Positions 23,441 through 35,000 of a stretch of 64,000 nt of DNA are shown one piece after another; position 1 is the stretch's first letter, and the number at the start of each line of letters is the position of its first letter. The DNA comes from a virus. Position numbers and translations under genes: made by a program. Where the stretch lies: IMG/VR virus record IMGVR_UViG_3300017917_001030, positions 66,603 through 130,602 of that record; one strand, written 5' to 3'. The notes under the pieces are model-generated. The model was not told the origin of the DNA. It saw only the letters and a program-made list of their open reading frames with translations, and searched no databases.

Positions 23441-25324
23441 ATGGATTTCAAACAATTTCTCTCCGAGGAAAAGCACGATACCATCGCAGTTCTTAATGGT
23501 AGAATGACCCCTGTTACCAAGGGTCACGAAGAGAACGTAAATGGGCTAAAAAAGTTGGCAAAAGAACATAATGCCGATCATTTAGTTATTGCTACTCACT
23601 CCCACGATACAAAGACTGAAGGCTCTGCTAATAAAAATCCTCTTTCTCCAGCGCAGAAAGAAAAGCACCTTCATAGAGCATTCCCAAACACAAATATACA
23701 GATGACTTCTAAAGAGAAGCCATCCATTTTCCATCATCTTTCTGACCTTCATAAGAAAGGTTATAAGCACGTTGTTCTTGCATCCGGTGCTGATAGAACA
23801 GAGGATTATGAGCGAGTAAAGAAGTATAACGGTGTTAAGGGTTCTCACGGTTACTACAAATTTAAATCCATTAAGACAGCAAGTACAGGTGAAAGAAAAG
23901 AAGGCGTATCTGGTACAGATATGAGAAAACACGCCGCTTCTGGTAACTTTGAGAAGTTTAAAGAAGGCCTTGCATCTAAGCTTGCAAGCAACGAAAAGCA
24001 TGCTAAAGACATCTATAACGATGTTAGACACGGTATGCATATCAAAGAAGATTACGAAAATCCAAACAGATTCGATTGGGGCACACCCGAAGGTACTAAC
24101 CATGCCATGAAAATGACACCTGGAATGGAACCAGAAAAGATTGTTTGTCCTGTTGGCGAAACATGGAGCAAAGGAAAGGGAACGTGTGTTCCTATTCGTG
24201 AAGCATATATTGCTAACGAAATATTCAACCTTGGTTCTATTGTAGAAGCAACCGACGGTGTTGCAGGTGAAATCGTTTACAGAGGTTCCTCTTACGTAAC
24301 TATACAATTAGAAAATGGTGAGACAACAAAGCGTTGGTTAAAAGACGTGAAAGAAAGCACCAAAGAAATAATTATTAGCAAGAAAAAAATTAAAGAAAAT
24401 GTTTCTCCTGCTAGAAAAATTCCTGCTCTGTTAATGTCTAAAGAACAGTTAGCGGAAATGACCCGTGGTAATATGGAAATAGAATACATGGGTTACAAAA
24501 CATCTAACCTTCATATGTCAACAGATGCTTCAGAAAAGCTAAAAGAACTGACTAGAAGAAATGATGTCAATCCTAAATTTGTTATGCAGGCTATCAGAGC
24601 GACGGATAATTATTTGCAGATACAAAAGGATGCATCTAACGAAGGTTTCGCAAAAGAAGAAACCGTCCATAGCTTTGTAAATATGGTAGCAATTGCTCAC
24701 GATACATTAAATATGCTAGGCGTATCTGATCAAGAACTAGTATATATGAATGATAACCTTAAAGCAATGTCCGATCTAAGTATGCACCGAGATGGTTCTT
24801 TTGCTAACGAACCTTATGTCGCTGTTCCTGTTGCAGGATTAGGTGATATAGAAGAAGGTGTTGATTCTTCAGACTACAGAATTGTTGTTGATAGCTTGGG
24901 GCGTAAACGAAGAGTTCGTGCTAACAGAATAATTACAGATAAAGAAACAGACAAGGATACCGAAATGAAAGAATCCAAATTAAATCTATCTTCATTCAGA
25001 GAAAAGATCAAGGTAGAAGAGCAAACAGTTGATCCAAAATCATTAGATGCTATTGAATCTCCTACACACGCCAGAGATATTAATTTTAGAGGCGAAAAAG
25101 ATGTATTCCATGGAATTGATAAGCCTATTGAAGGACAAGATGTTGACGGCAAACAGCTAGGCATGGTTTCATTCAAGTCTTTTATGAATGCTCCAGAAAC
25201 ACAAAAGGTTGCTGCAGAGCATGCTAAGGATAGACAAGATGTACACAGAGCGCAGGTAGAATTGGCACAAAGCCATAGCCCTGCATATAAACAAATGTCA
25301 AAAGCAGCTAGACAGGACGTATAA
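23441..25324 (+). CDS. Cytidylyltransferase-like (HxGH family) protein with long C-terminal extension
   Basis: GRMTPVTKGH, KNPLS, GADR, YNG and SGTDMR motifs seen in T4-like phage cytidylyltransferase-like proteins. Confidence 0.75.
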   Translation: MDFKQFLSEEKHDTIAVLNGRMTPVTKGHEENVNGLKKLAKEHNADHLVIATHSHDTKTEGSANKNPLSPAQKEKHLHRAFPNTNIQMTSKEKPSIFHHLSDLHKKGYKHVVLASGADRTEDYERVKKYNGVKGSHGYYKFKSIKTASTGERKEGVSGTDMRKHAASGNFEKFKEGLASKLASNEKHAKDIYNDVRHGMHIKEDYENPNRFDWGTPEGTNHAMKMTPGMEPEKIVCPVGETWSKGKGTCVPIREAYIANEIFNLGSIVEATDGVAGEIVYRGSSYVTIQLENGETTKRWLKDVKESTKEIIISKKKIKENVSPARKIPALLMSKEQLAEMTRGNMEIEYMGYKTSNLHMSTDASEKLKELTRRNDVNPKFVMQAIRATDNYLQIQKDASNEGFAKEETVHSFVNMVAIAHDTLNMLGVSDQELVYMNDNLKAMSDLSMHRDGSFANEPYVAVPVAGLGDIEEGVDSSDYRIVVDSLGRKRRVRANRIITDKETDKDTEMKESKLNLSSFREKIKVEEQTVDPKSLDAIESPTHARDINFRGEKDVFHGIDKPIEGQDVDGKQLGMVSFKSFMNAPETQKVAAEHAKDRQDVHRAQVELAQSHSPAYKQMSKAARQDV

Positions 25325-25326
25325 AA

Positions 25327-25764
25327 ATGAATGAATTAGAATTAGCATTAAAGAAGGTACTTGCCGATACATTCACGATGTATTTTAAAGCACATGTATT
25401 TCATTGGAACGTAGAAGGGCCTGATTTTAAACAGTATCACGATTTCTTCGGTGGTTTATATGAGGAACTATTTGGTGCAGTAGATCCCATTGCAGAACAT
25501 TGCAGAGCTTTGGGATACTATACTCAGACATCTTTAAATCAGATGTTAGATTTAAAAATTATTCCTGAGCAAGAACAAGTTTTAACTGATCCAAGATCAA
25601 TGGCACGAGAGTTGCTAACAAATAACGATATGATTATTGTATCGTTGATGCGTGCATATCAAGAAGCCGAAAAGGCAACAGAGCTTGGTCTATGTAATTT
25701 CCTACAAGATAGAATTGATGTACACACCAAGCATGGTTGGATGTTAAGAGCGGTAACAAAATGA
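25327..25764 (+). CDS. dps: Dps-family ferritin-like DNA-protection protein
   Basis: HVFHWNVEG, HDFF..LYEE...D.IAEH and KHGWML motifs. Confidence 0.92.
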   Translation: MNELELALKKVLADTFTMYFKAHVFHWNVEGPDFKQYHDFFGGLYEELFGAVDPIAEHCRALGYYTQTSLNQMLDLKIIPEQEQVLTDPRSMARELLTNNDMIIVSLMRAYQEAEKATELGLCNFLQDRIDVHTKHGWMLRAVTK

Positions 25765-26219
25765 TTAAGTTTTCAGATTACCTAGGGCAAGATCTAGAAG
25801 TTAACGAAGAAGAACTTGTAGAATCTGTAGAGTGGGAAGATATCGAAGATACCTATACCGCTGAGGATTTTATTGAAGTTCTTGATGAAGAGTACTTGGA
25901 CGAAAAGTTATCCGTTACAGCTAGAATTAAAAAGGGCCAGAAGTTAAAATCTAGAAAGACTGCGTTTGCGCAGGCCAGAAAGATGAAACTACGCAGAACT
26001 TCTAACCCCGAAGTAATCGGTAAGCGTGCTAAAGTTGCAGCAAGACGTTCTATTATTAAGAAGTTATTAAAGGGCAGAGATAAGAGTAAGTTATCTGCTC
26101 AAGAAAAAGATAGAATAGAAAAACAAGCAACTATGATTATGTCTAATCAAAAGGGTCTTGTAGTTAGAATGATTCCAAAGGTTAGAGATTTAGAACGCCA
26201 ACGGTTAAAGAGCAAATAA
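25761..26219 (+). CDS. Hypothetical protein with acidic N-half and basic C-half
   Basis: ATG 25761 overlaps the dps stop; MIKFSDYL N-terminus. Confidence 0.75.
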   Translation: MIKFSDYLGQDLEVNEEELVESVEWEDIEDTYTAEDFIEVLDEEYLDEKLSVTARIKKGQKLKSRKTAFAQARKMKLRRTSNPEVIGKRAKVAARRSIIKKLLKGRDKSKLSAQEKDRIEKQATMIMSNQKGLVVRMIPKVRDLERQRLKSK

Positions 26220-27130
26220 TGGACAAGGTTTCTTTAGCTATACAGGAAAATCTTAATAAATGGTTCAAAGAAAAGTGGGTTAGATTTGGACCAGATGGAA
26301 AAATAAGAGGAGCCTGTGCAAGAGGAGATGATTCTGAGGGAAAGCCGAAGTGTCTTCCAATGGCAAAGGCTCATGCATTAGGTAAGAAGGGTCGTGCTAG
26401 TGCAGCTGCAAGAAAACGCAGAGAAGACCCCAATCCAGAGCGTAGTGGTAGCGCAATTAATGTTGCTACTCGAAAAGAAGGAATAGAAATGGATAATCAG
26501 GCATGTCCTCATTGTGGTGGACCTCTATTTGAAGATTTGTTAATGGCTGAAGAAAAAGACGCATGCTATTATAAAGTTAAGAGCAAGTATAAAATATGGC
26601 CAAGTGCTTATGCATCTGGTGCGTTAGTTCAATGCAGAAAAAAGGGCGCCTCTAATTGGGGAAATAAAAACGAATCCGAAGGTACAGATATGAAGATGAA
26701 GAAAAAGACATATTCAAAGTTAAAAGAGGAACTAGACCAGGTATATTGTTCTGAGTGTCTAGAAGACGAGTATGGATATGTCGAGGAAACCTTCGAAGTA
26801 ACAGGCAATGAGCAATATGAGGACTGGGGCGAGTCTGAAGACCTAACAGAAGCAGAATATCAAGGCAAACAAGTCTCACTTCATAAGCCTTTTAGAACAT
26901 CAGATGGCAAAGGTAAATTTGCTGTCTATGCAAAGAATGAAAAAGGGAACGTAGTCAAAGTTAATTTCGGTGATACCACCGGATTGACAATTAAGACAAG
27001 CAATCCTGAAAGACGTCGTAATTTTAGAGCCAGACACAACTGTGATAATCCTGGTCCAAAACACAAGGCCCGTTATTGGTCATGCAAGGCATGGTCAAGA
27101 GGTTCGGTTAAAGCCGGAATCGGCGCTTAA
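26219..27130 (+). CDS. Multi-domain conserved T4-like phage protein with small Cys-containing basic domains
   Basis: LNKWFKEKWV...KPKCLP, KDACYYKVK...WPSAYASGALVQCRK and KVNFGD...FRARHNCD...ARYWSC domains separated by acidic linkers. Confidence 0.75.
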   Translation: MDKVSLAIQENLNKWFKEKWVRFGPDGKIRGACARGDDSEGKPKCLPMAKAHALGKKGRASAAARKRREDPNPERSGSAINVATRKEGIEMDNQACPHCGGPLFEDLLMAEEKDACYYKVKSKYKIWPSAYASGALVQCRKKGASNWGNKNESEGTDMKMKKKTYSKLKEELDQVYCSECLEDEYGYVEETFEVTGNEQYEDWGESEDLTEAEYQGKQVSLHKPFRTSDGKGKFAVYAKNEKGNVVKVNFGDTTGLTIKTSNPERRRNFRARHNCDNPGPKHKARYWSCKAWSRGSVKAGIGA

Positions 27131-27165
27131 TAAATATTCATAGAAACATCTTAAGGGAAACCAAA

Positions 27166-28044
27166 ATGCAAAGAATCACTAACGATTTGTTTGAGTCTAT
27201 CAGAAAAATTACTTCAACCGAAGTTCAACAGTTGTCTGAGGAATCTCAAACATTAGACGAAAAAAAGAAAATGAAAATGGAGAAGGAAGAGCCTGAAGAA
27301 AAAATGGAAAAAGAAGAAGGCGAATCCATGAAGGAAGCTCTTGTCGGTAAGCAAGCTGTTCTAGATAAAAATAAGAACAACAAGCTAGACAAAGAAGACT
27401 TCAAAATTCTTCGCGGTGAAAAGGCAATGAAGGAAGAAGAAGAAAAAGAAGATGAAAGTCTTGATGAAGCTTCTTACTCCGCTAAGGCAGCCCGCAAGGG
27501 TAAAGATATCGGCAAGCCAGGCAAAATGTTTGGTAAGATTGCAGGTAGTGCAGCTAAGAAATATGGCTCTGAAGAAAGAGGCAAGAAAGTTGCTGGTGCA
27601 GTTCTAGCTAAGCTACGTGCTAAGCATATGAAAGAAGAAGCAGATCTAATTGAATCTGTTACAGAAACAGTTATCAAGCATGATGACTTTGTAATTGAAG
27701 TTACAAATAATCCTACAGTAGGAGACTTCTTGAAGGCGTTGCAAACAATCGTTCCTGTTCAAGAAGAAGCAGATCAAGCGGAAGTTGTTGCTGCAGCAAT
27801 GGAAGCATTCGACGAGCAAAACGTTGATGTTATCATTGAAGCATTTACACGTTCTGAGATTGGTGAGAAAATTGCTGCTCATAAAAAGGCAGGTAACCTA
27901 GTGGCAGGCGAAAAGTTTTCTGTTAAGGACGGAAAGCCATACGCTGAATATGTGGTAACTGATAAAGAAGGTAACCGCAAAAAATATATTCATCATGGCA
28001 CGACACGTCGCATGGAAAGCATGCTAGCATCCAAAACAAAATAA
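27166..28044 (+). CDS. Probable prohead core / internal head protein
   Basis: Highly charged; several L/I-x-E sites; EF-hand-like LDKNKNNKLDKEDF; AATAAATA late-promoter variant at 27129. Confidence 0.55.
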   Translation: MQRITNDLFESIRKITSTEVQQLSEESQTLDEKKKMKMEKEEPEEKMEKEEGESMKEALVGKQAVLDKNKNNKLDKEDFKILRGEKAMKEEEEKEDESLDEASYSAKAARKGKDIGKPGKMFGKIAGSAAKKYGSEERGKKVAGAVLAKLRAKHMKEEADLIESVTETVIKHDDFVIEVTNNPTVGDFLKALQTIVPVQEEADQAEVVAAAMEAFDEQNVDVIIEAFTRSEIGEKIAAHKKAGNLVAGEKFSVKDGKPYAEYVVTDKEGNRKKYIHHGTTRRMESMLASKTK

Positions 28045-28061
28045 AGACGGTAACTCGTTTT

Positions 28062-28069
28062 TATAAATA
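28062..28069 (+). promoter_or_regulatory. T4-type late promoter TATAAATA
   Basis: Exact consensus upstream of ORF 28089. Confidence 0.8.
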
Positions 28070-28088
28070 ATAAAAATAGGAGACAAAA

Positions 28089-28628
28089 ATGTCACAATGG
28101 GGTAAATTAGAAAGACTAGAACAAGCAGCAACAGCTACAGCAAATACAGGTAGCTCTACTATTGTTCTAAGTACACAACGTGCTACAGCAGCTAACGGCT
28201 GGGCAGTTGGTTATTCTGTAGTTATTGCTAACGTAGATTACAGAATCGCAGCAATCACTTCTGCAAATACAGTAGTATTAGACACCGCATATGTTGGTGC
28301 TAACGTTGCTGCAGCAAACGTTGCTATTCAGCAAGATCCAAAAGATATCAGAACAAATGGTTGGGGTACAACTTTTGCATCTGGTAGCGGAGCAAATACT
28401 GTAAACAAAGGTACAGTATATGGTGTTGACCGTACTGAAATGGGTGTTGCTGGTAATAAGGCTAACGGCTTTAGCCACACTGGTTGGACTTACTACAAGA
28501 CATATACTAATACACAAGGCGCAACACGCCACAAGGCAGAGGTATTAGTTGCTATGTCCAAGAACTTTAACGCTAACGCAACAGGTACACTACAAACTGA
28601 TGCTAATGACGGCTCTGTTCTAAGTTAA
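28089..28628 (+). CDS. Virion structural protein, 179 aa
   Basis: AGGAG ribosome-binding site; MSQWG...HTGW...RHKAEVLVAM. Confidence 0.65.
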   Translation: MSQWGKLERLEQAATATANTGSSTIVLSTQRATAANGWAVGYSVVIANVDYRIAAITSANTVVLDTAYVGANVAAANVAIQQDPKDIRTNGWGTTFASGSGANTVNKGTVYGVDRTEMGVAGNKANGFSHTGWTYYKTYTNTQGATRHKAEVLVAMSKNFNANATGTLQTDANDGSVLS

Positions 28629-28650
28629 TCCTTTCTCCTAGGGTGGGTTA

Positions 28651-31600
28651 ATGGCAGATACAAGAGTATCGCAGCTTAATACTGCAAATGTAGTTAATAA
28701 GGACGACTTACTATATTTAGTACAAAATGATGAGAGCAAAAATGTAACTGCGGGTACATTATTTGCTTCTATAGTTGATCCTACATTAACTGGTAATATA
28801 TCGTTGGGTGGTGGCATCGTTGATGTCATCACTGGTCCTGGTGTCATTGACATCACAACCACAAGAACTGATCTTTTTGGTGGCGTTTCGGCTGATGCTA
28901 ACGCCATTGCAAACGGGTCGGTTCTTCCTTCCACGATTTATTTCTACACTGCGAACACATCTGCTTCTGGTAGAGGTCTAACCTTTAAACCAGATACGCC
29001 ATTAAATAAAACCCTTTATGTTACCCATGCTCGCGGTAAGATTCACTTATCTGGCGCACCAGGAACAGTAACATATGGCCCAGATGATTGGGTTGGTTCA
29101 GATGGTTTAAGACCTTTCCCTCGAGGTTTACACTTCGTTAAGGGATCTACATATACTCTTGATGTTAGTGATCCAACTAACGCAAGTAATATTATTGGTC
29201 TTTCTACATCTATTGACGGTTTAAACACATTAGGTCAAGATTACACTGTTAATGTAACACGTAATGGTACTCCTGGTACACCTGGCGCTAATATTGTTTA
29301 CTACTTCCCAGATGTTCCTACGGATCTAGGCGGTAAGAACTACCTAGATATTCCTCAGGGTGTTGACGGTCAGTTAAAGGTTATTAACCTTGTTACGACC
29401 AGAGGTGGTTCTTTCGTTATTACAAGTAACATTAAGAACAACCTTGCTATTGAATTAAGAAAAGTAGGCGACTCTGCTTTCTTAATGTATTCTGGTAACT
29501 CTTGGTTACTAGTTGGTGCAAACCCAGGCTTGGCAACAACCTTCTCTGGTACTTCTGATGATGTTCCAGAAGGTCAAAAATTATACTTCACTGTAGAAAG
29601 AGCAAGAGCTTCTATTAGTGCAGGCGATGGTACCATTATTTACGATCAAGGCAATGGTACTATTCGTGCTAATTTGGCTACAGTTGGTGCTGCAGAATTC
29701 GCTTTAGCTGCTGATAGCGCTAACACTGCAATATATTCTTTATATTCAGGGCAGGCAAATAACGCCAATACTGCAGGCTATGCAACATACGCAGGTCAAG
29801 CAAATAATGCTAATACTGCAAGCTACGCTAATGTTGCGGGTGTTGCTAATGTAGCGTTGACTCTTGCAACGAGTCATTATGCCAATATCTATGCTAATGT
29901 ATTGGATAGATTCTTAACAACACCTAATGTTACTTTCAACGATATTGTTGTTCAGGGTAACTTGATCGTTGAGGGTAATGTAACAACCTTAAATACTGCG
30001 GTATTGACGGTTGAAGATAAAAACATTGTTATTGCAAATGGTGCGGTAAATGCTGCAGCAGCCGATAATTCTGGCATCCAAATTGAGGGTGCCAATGCAA
30101 GTATTATATACTATGCTACAGGCGACAAATTTGCAATCAATAAAAATGTAGATATTACAGGAAATGTATCGGCTACCGGTACTGCTACAGTCCCAACAGT
30201 TGTAGCAAATACATTAACTGTTTCTGGTAATGTAGATATAAATGCCGCGGGAAATATTACAATCTCCGGTACATCTACATCATCCACAGTTGTTGCTAAT
30301 AATGCAGTAATCGCAAATGGTTTAACTGCTAATGGAACAATTAGTGCCGGTAATATTTCTATTATTGGTACATTCACTGCAAATAGTGCAACAGGCATTT
30401 CCCTAGGAACGCCAACACTTGGTTCATTAACAAGTAATGCTGCAACATTTACAACAGCAACTTCTGTTACAAACGGTATCGCTAAATTGAACGAAATTTT
30501 AGGTAAACTAGTTCCCCCAGCACCACCTGACTTCCCAGGCGGAACTGCTATTGCTGTTCAAAGCTTGTCATCTTATCGTATGGCAAACTTTACCCAAACA
30601 GATAGAACACCTCAAGCAAACGCAAACGTTGCTGGCGGTACAACAGTTACAACCGTAAGACGTGCTGCAACATATTCTACAAACACTGTTGCAACAAGAG
30701 GTCCTGGTGATACAGGTACAGTTACAGTTTATTTGAATGGCGCGCCTTCAGGTAGCAGAACATTAACAACACTATTGAATGGTAATGGCACATATAGTAA
30801 CCTTATCATCACTAATAACTATGATTATGCAGTAGCGAATCCAAATATTACAGCCGGTTTCTGGTCTGTATTCTCTGCTTCTGCATCAGGTACTGTAGGC
30901 AATGGTTGGAATCAGGTTTACATTACTCATAGTACAACAGGCAATACAAATTCTTATAATTGGTATTATGACAATAGTGCTCCAGGTACACCTACATTTG
31001 CTAATGTTTCCATATTACCAACAACTGTAAGTAATACTTATTCAAGTACTATTCCTCATTATAATAGTTCGACTCAATTTACACTTACTGCTAACGTAAA
31101 CAGATTGAGTGGTGATATGTATCCTACAAGTGATACATTCTTGACGGGTTCTGCAGGTGGAGCTTTCCAAACACCTGTAAGTAAAACATATGCTCAACAA
31201 GGTATTGTAACACCATTGGTGAGAAATATGTATGTTGAGAGCGGCAGCGCAAATATCAACACTACATCCAATGTGATAACAGGATTTGGATCTAGTGCGA
31301 CTGGACCATCATTGAGCGTAGTTAACAGCTATGCTACAGGAACACAAGCTTTTGCTCCTGGTGCAACAGTGCTATATAAGACAGGCACATCGAGCACGAT
31401 GGAGGAAACAAATATTACATTGACAGGTAGTATTGGTTCTGGCTCAGGTGCTGTCGTCCGAATCGAAAATCCTGGCTCAACTGATACACCTATATATACA
31501 GCAAGTGCGACTGCTTTTAATAGTCAATCTAGTACATTGCAAACATATGATGCAACTATTGTTGCTGGTGTATTAAAGCACGATCAAACAAATTATTCTA

Positions 31601-32028
31601 CTGGTTATTTACCAGTAGGCCCAGATTTGAGTTCTGGCAGAAGTGGTGCACAATATTTCACATTCAAGTTTATTAGAACTTCTGTATCGAAATTTGATAT
31701 TAAATGGACAGGTACTATTGCAGGTCTATGGGTAGCATTGCCAGGTAGTACCATTGATACATCATCTACATTAAATGGTTGGTTAGATCTAAGTACTGCT
31801 TATGCTGGTGCAGGTGTACCGGGTGCAGGAACAGGTGGTAATGGAAGTAACGGTGGAGCATTGGGAACAGTTGCCCCATTGAATTCGGCACAAACAAATA
31901 GACAAATCACTGCTACATTTGGTACTGTGAGCAGCTCCAGTACCGCAACAAATGAAATATACGTAAGAATAAAATTAACAAGCGGACAAAGCGTAACGGC
32001 ATTGTCAGTATTAGCGGCGAGCAATTAA
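28651..32028 (+). CDS. Large virion structural or fibre protein, 1125 aa
   Basis: Ala/Asn/Thr/Gly-rich; shares the EDKNI..ANGAVNAAAAD module with downstream fibre proteins. Confidence 0.8.
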   Translation: MADTRVSQLNTANVVNKDDLLYLVQNDESKNVTAGTLFASIVDPTLTGNISLGGGIVDVITGPGVIDITTTRTDLFGGVSADANAIANGSVLPSTIYFYTANTSASGRGLTFKPDTPLNKTLYVTHARGKIHLSGAPGTVTYGPDDWVGSDGLRPFPRGLHFVKGSTYTLDVSDPTNASNIIGLSTSIDGLNTLGQDYTVNVTRNGTPGTPGANIVYYFPDVPTDLGGKNYLDIPQGVDGQLKVINLVTTRGGSFVITSNIKNNLAIELRKVGDSAFLMYSGNSWLLVGANPGLATTFSGTSDDVPEGQKLYFTVERARASISAGDGTIIYDQGNGTIRANLATVGAAEFALAADSANTAIYSLYSGQANNANTAGYATYAGQANNANTASYANVAGVANVALTLATSHYANIYANVLDRFLTTPNVTFNDIVVQGNLIVEGNVTTLNTAVLTVEDKNIVIANGAVNAAAADNSGIQIEGANASIIYYATGDKFAINKNVDITGNVSATGTATVPTVVANTLTVSGNVDINAAGNITISGTSTSSTVVANNAVIANGLTANGTISAGNISIIGTFTANSATGISLGTPTLGSLTSNAATFTTATSVTNGIAKLNEILGKLVPPAPPDFPGGTAIAVQSLSSYRMANFTQTDRTPQANANVAGGTTVTTVRRAATYSTNTVATRGPGDTGTVTVYLNGAPSGSRTLTTLLNGNGTYSNLIITNNYDYAVANPNITAGFWSVFSASASGTVGNGWNQVYITHSTTGNTNSYNWYYDNSAPGTPTFANVSILPTTVSNTYSSTIPHYNSSTQFTLTANVNRLSGDMYPTSDTFLTGSAGGAFQTPVSKTYAQQGIVTPLVRNMYVESGSANINTTSNVITGFGSSATGPSLSVVNSYATGTQAFAPGATVLYKTGTSSTMEETNITLTGSIGSGSGAVVRIENPGSTDTPIYTASATAFNSQSSTLQTYDATIVAGVLKHDQTNYSTGYLPVGPDLSSGRSGAQYFTFKFIRTSVSKFDIKWTGTIAGLWVALPGSTIDTSSTLNGWLDLSTAYAGAGVPGAGTGGNGSNGGALGTVAPLNSAQTNRQITATFGTVSSSSTATNEIYVRIKLTSGQSVTALSVLAASN

Positions 32029-35000
32029 ATGGCTGTATCAGATTCTCAAAAGGTAGACTTACTCTATAAACAGGCATTCGGTGTCACTAAAACCGATACC
32101 GCAGCCAATAAGAGCCCTAGCAACGAAGCGCTTGCTAGCCCACTCGTAGTACGTGGCGATACTATTTGGATTGAATCTAGCAGTATTCCTGCGACAGCAA
32201 GCCCTGTTGCAAACATTGTTGAGTTTACAGGAACAAACGGTGTAGAGTGTGTTGCTGACACAACAACTGTTCCAGTAGGTGGCGTATATCCTACATGGAA
32301 AACCAATCTATCTAACTGGATTAATACAGAGTTTGGTGTTTCATACTTAGTTAAAGTATATGTAGATAATCCAGGCTCAGGTGACCCTGCATCTACAGGT
32401 ACACAAATATTTGCTGCTGGTTCGGGTGGTACTGGCGAATACTATTTTAATCACTCTTCAGGTGTTTTAAACTTTATCGGCGGAACTATTCCCGCTGCGT
32501 TAACATCTGGCAAAGTAATCTATATTGTAGGTTACAGATACATTGGCAAAACAGGTGTTAAAAGTGATTGGATAACTACTGCCAATGTTGCAGAGTCGGC
32601 ATCTAATCTATATTACACTAATGAACGAGTTTATGCTAATGTTGCAGAAATGTTGCCAAACTATACAGGCAATATCCAAGCGCAAAACATTAACATATCT
32701 GGATTGTTAACAGGTGATGGCTCTGGCTTAACAGGTGTTAATGCTTCTGGTTATACTGGAACAACCGATGCGATTTCAGAAGGTTCTGTAAATCTATTCT
32801 ACACTGATGAAAGAGTAGAAGCATATGTTCGCCCCAATTTAGAATCCAACCTTGTTCTAAAAGCTAACGTTGTTGACCTAACAACATCCAACGTTGCTGA
32901 GTTAGATAACCTATACTACACTAACGATAGAGTATCAGCATATGTTACTCCTTTGTTGGATCTAAAAGCAGATAAGACTCAGTTAAATACAACAAGTATT
33001 ACTGAGGGTAACAAACTATTCTATACAAATGCTAGAGTTTATGCAAACGTAATAGCATTGTTACCTACTTATTCTGGTAATATTAATGCAGGCAATATTA
33101 ATATTGCAGGTACATTTACTGGTAATGGTTCTGGTTTAGTTGGCATTACTGCAGGCGCATTTACGGGTAATACAGATACAGTCCGCGAAGGTCTATCTAA
33201 TCTTTACTACTCTAATGCAAGAGTTGCTGCATATATTAGCGCTAACCTTACATCTAAGGCTAATGTAGTTGATCTAACAACAGCAAATGTTGCAGAACTA
33301 AACAATCTATACTATACCAATACAAGAGTTCAAGCATATTTGGAACAAGCGCAGGATATTATTCCTGCAACAGGATTCACATATGATCTAGGTTCCGAGA
33401 CAAATCCATGGAGAGATTTATGGTTGTCTGGTTCTACTCTTCGTTTGGGTAATTTAGTATTAAGAGATTCTGGTGGAACTTTAGCAGTTACTTCTGGTAA
33501 TGCTAATACCATTGCTCTAGTTACCTCGGGTGTAAGGGAAAACGGTGATACCACAAAAGGTAACGTATACTTTACCAATGCTAGAGTTTTTGGTGCAATT
33601 ACAAACCAGGATGTAACTTTAAATACATTGACATTGTTGGGTGACCTATTCGTTCAGGGTAACACCACAACATTAAATACTGCCACTGTAAATATCGAAG
33701 ATAAGAACCTACTTATCGCAAACGGTGCAGTAAATGCGGCAGCAGCTGACGGCGCAGGCATTACCATTGATGGTGCCAATGCAACATTCACATACTCATC
33801 TGCTGGTGATAATTTTGATATCAATAAACCTCTTGTAACACGCGGTAACGTAGTATTACACGTTGGTAATTCCACAAGCGATTTACAAGAAGGATCTAAT
33901 CTATACTACACTGAGCAGCGTGCGAATGATGCAATAGATGCTCGTGTAACCAAAGCATTTGTTGATAATCTAAATGTTGATGCAGACACATTAGACGGTT
34001 ACAATTCAAGTGATTTTGCTCTTGATACTGATCTAACAACAGCTAATGTTGCAGAACTTAATAACTTGTATTACACCAATGCAAGAGTTCAAGCATACTT
34101 ACAAGATCAGTTAGATTCTAAAGCAAACGTAGTAGATTTAACTACTGCTAATGTTGCAGAGTTAAACAATTTATACTATACAAATGCAAGAGTTGATGCA
34201 TATGTAACGCCTTATTTAAATCTAAAGGCTAATGTTGCTGATCTAAATTCTTCTAACATTATAGAAGGCGACAAGCTATTCTATACAAATGCAAGAGTCC
34301 AAGCATTTGTACAAGCTAATATAGATTCAAAGGCCAATGTTGTTGATCTAACAACAAGCAATGTTGCTGAAGGTTCTCAGCTATACTACACAAATGCAAG
34401 AGTTAGATCCACACTTGCTGCAGGATTAGGTGTTACTTATAACGAAGGCACTGGAACATTCTCAATTGGTCAGGATGTCGCTCCTAGCGCAAATGTAACA
34501 TTTAGAAATCTAGCTGTTACTGGTAATGCTGTATTCTACGGCAACGTAATTACATATGGTGCAAATAATCTTGTTATCTCTGATAACATGATTTACTTAA
34601 ATGATGATAGTAATTCAAACCCAGATTTAGGTATTGCAGCTAATTATAACGACGGAACCTACAAGCATACAGGCTTCTTTAGAGATGCTTCTGATGGTAA
34701 TTGGAAAGTTTACGATTCCTACATTCCAGAACCAGATGCCAACATCTTTATTGATACCTCGCATCCATCGTTTAGACTTGCTAACATTCAAGCCAACGTA
34801 TTCATTGGTGAATTCCATGGTGACGTTAAGGGCAATATATTAGGTTATATTGCATCCATTTCGAACTTCACTACTTCTGATTTAAAAGAAGGTGCTAACC
34901 TTTACTATACAGAAGCAAGAGCAAACGGTGCTATTGATGCCCGTGTAACTAAAGCTTTTGTAGATAATTTAAATGTTGATGCAGATACTCTAGATGGTTA

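Noticed and set aside
23582-24307. 241-aa minus-strand ORF, and the other antisense ORFs throughout the window
   Set aside because: They are shadows of strongly biased + strand genes, with no ribosome-binding site or recognisable motif
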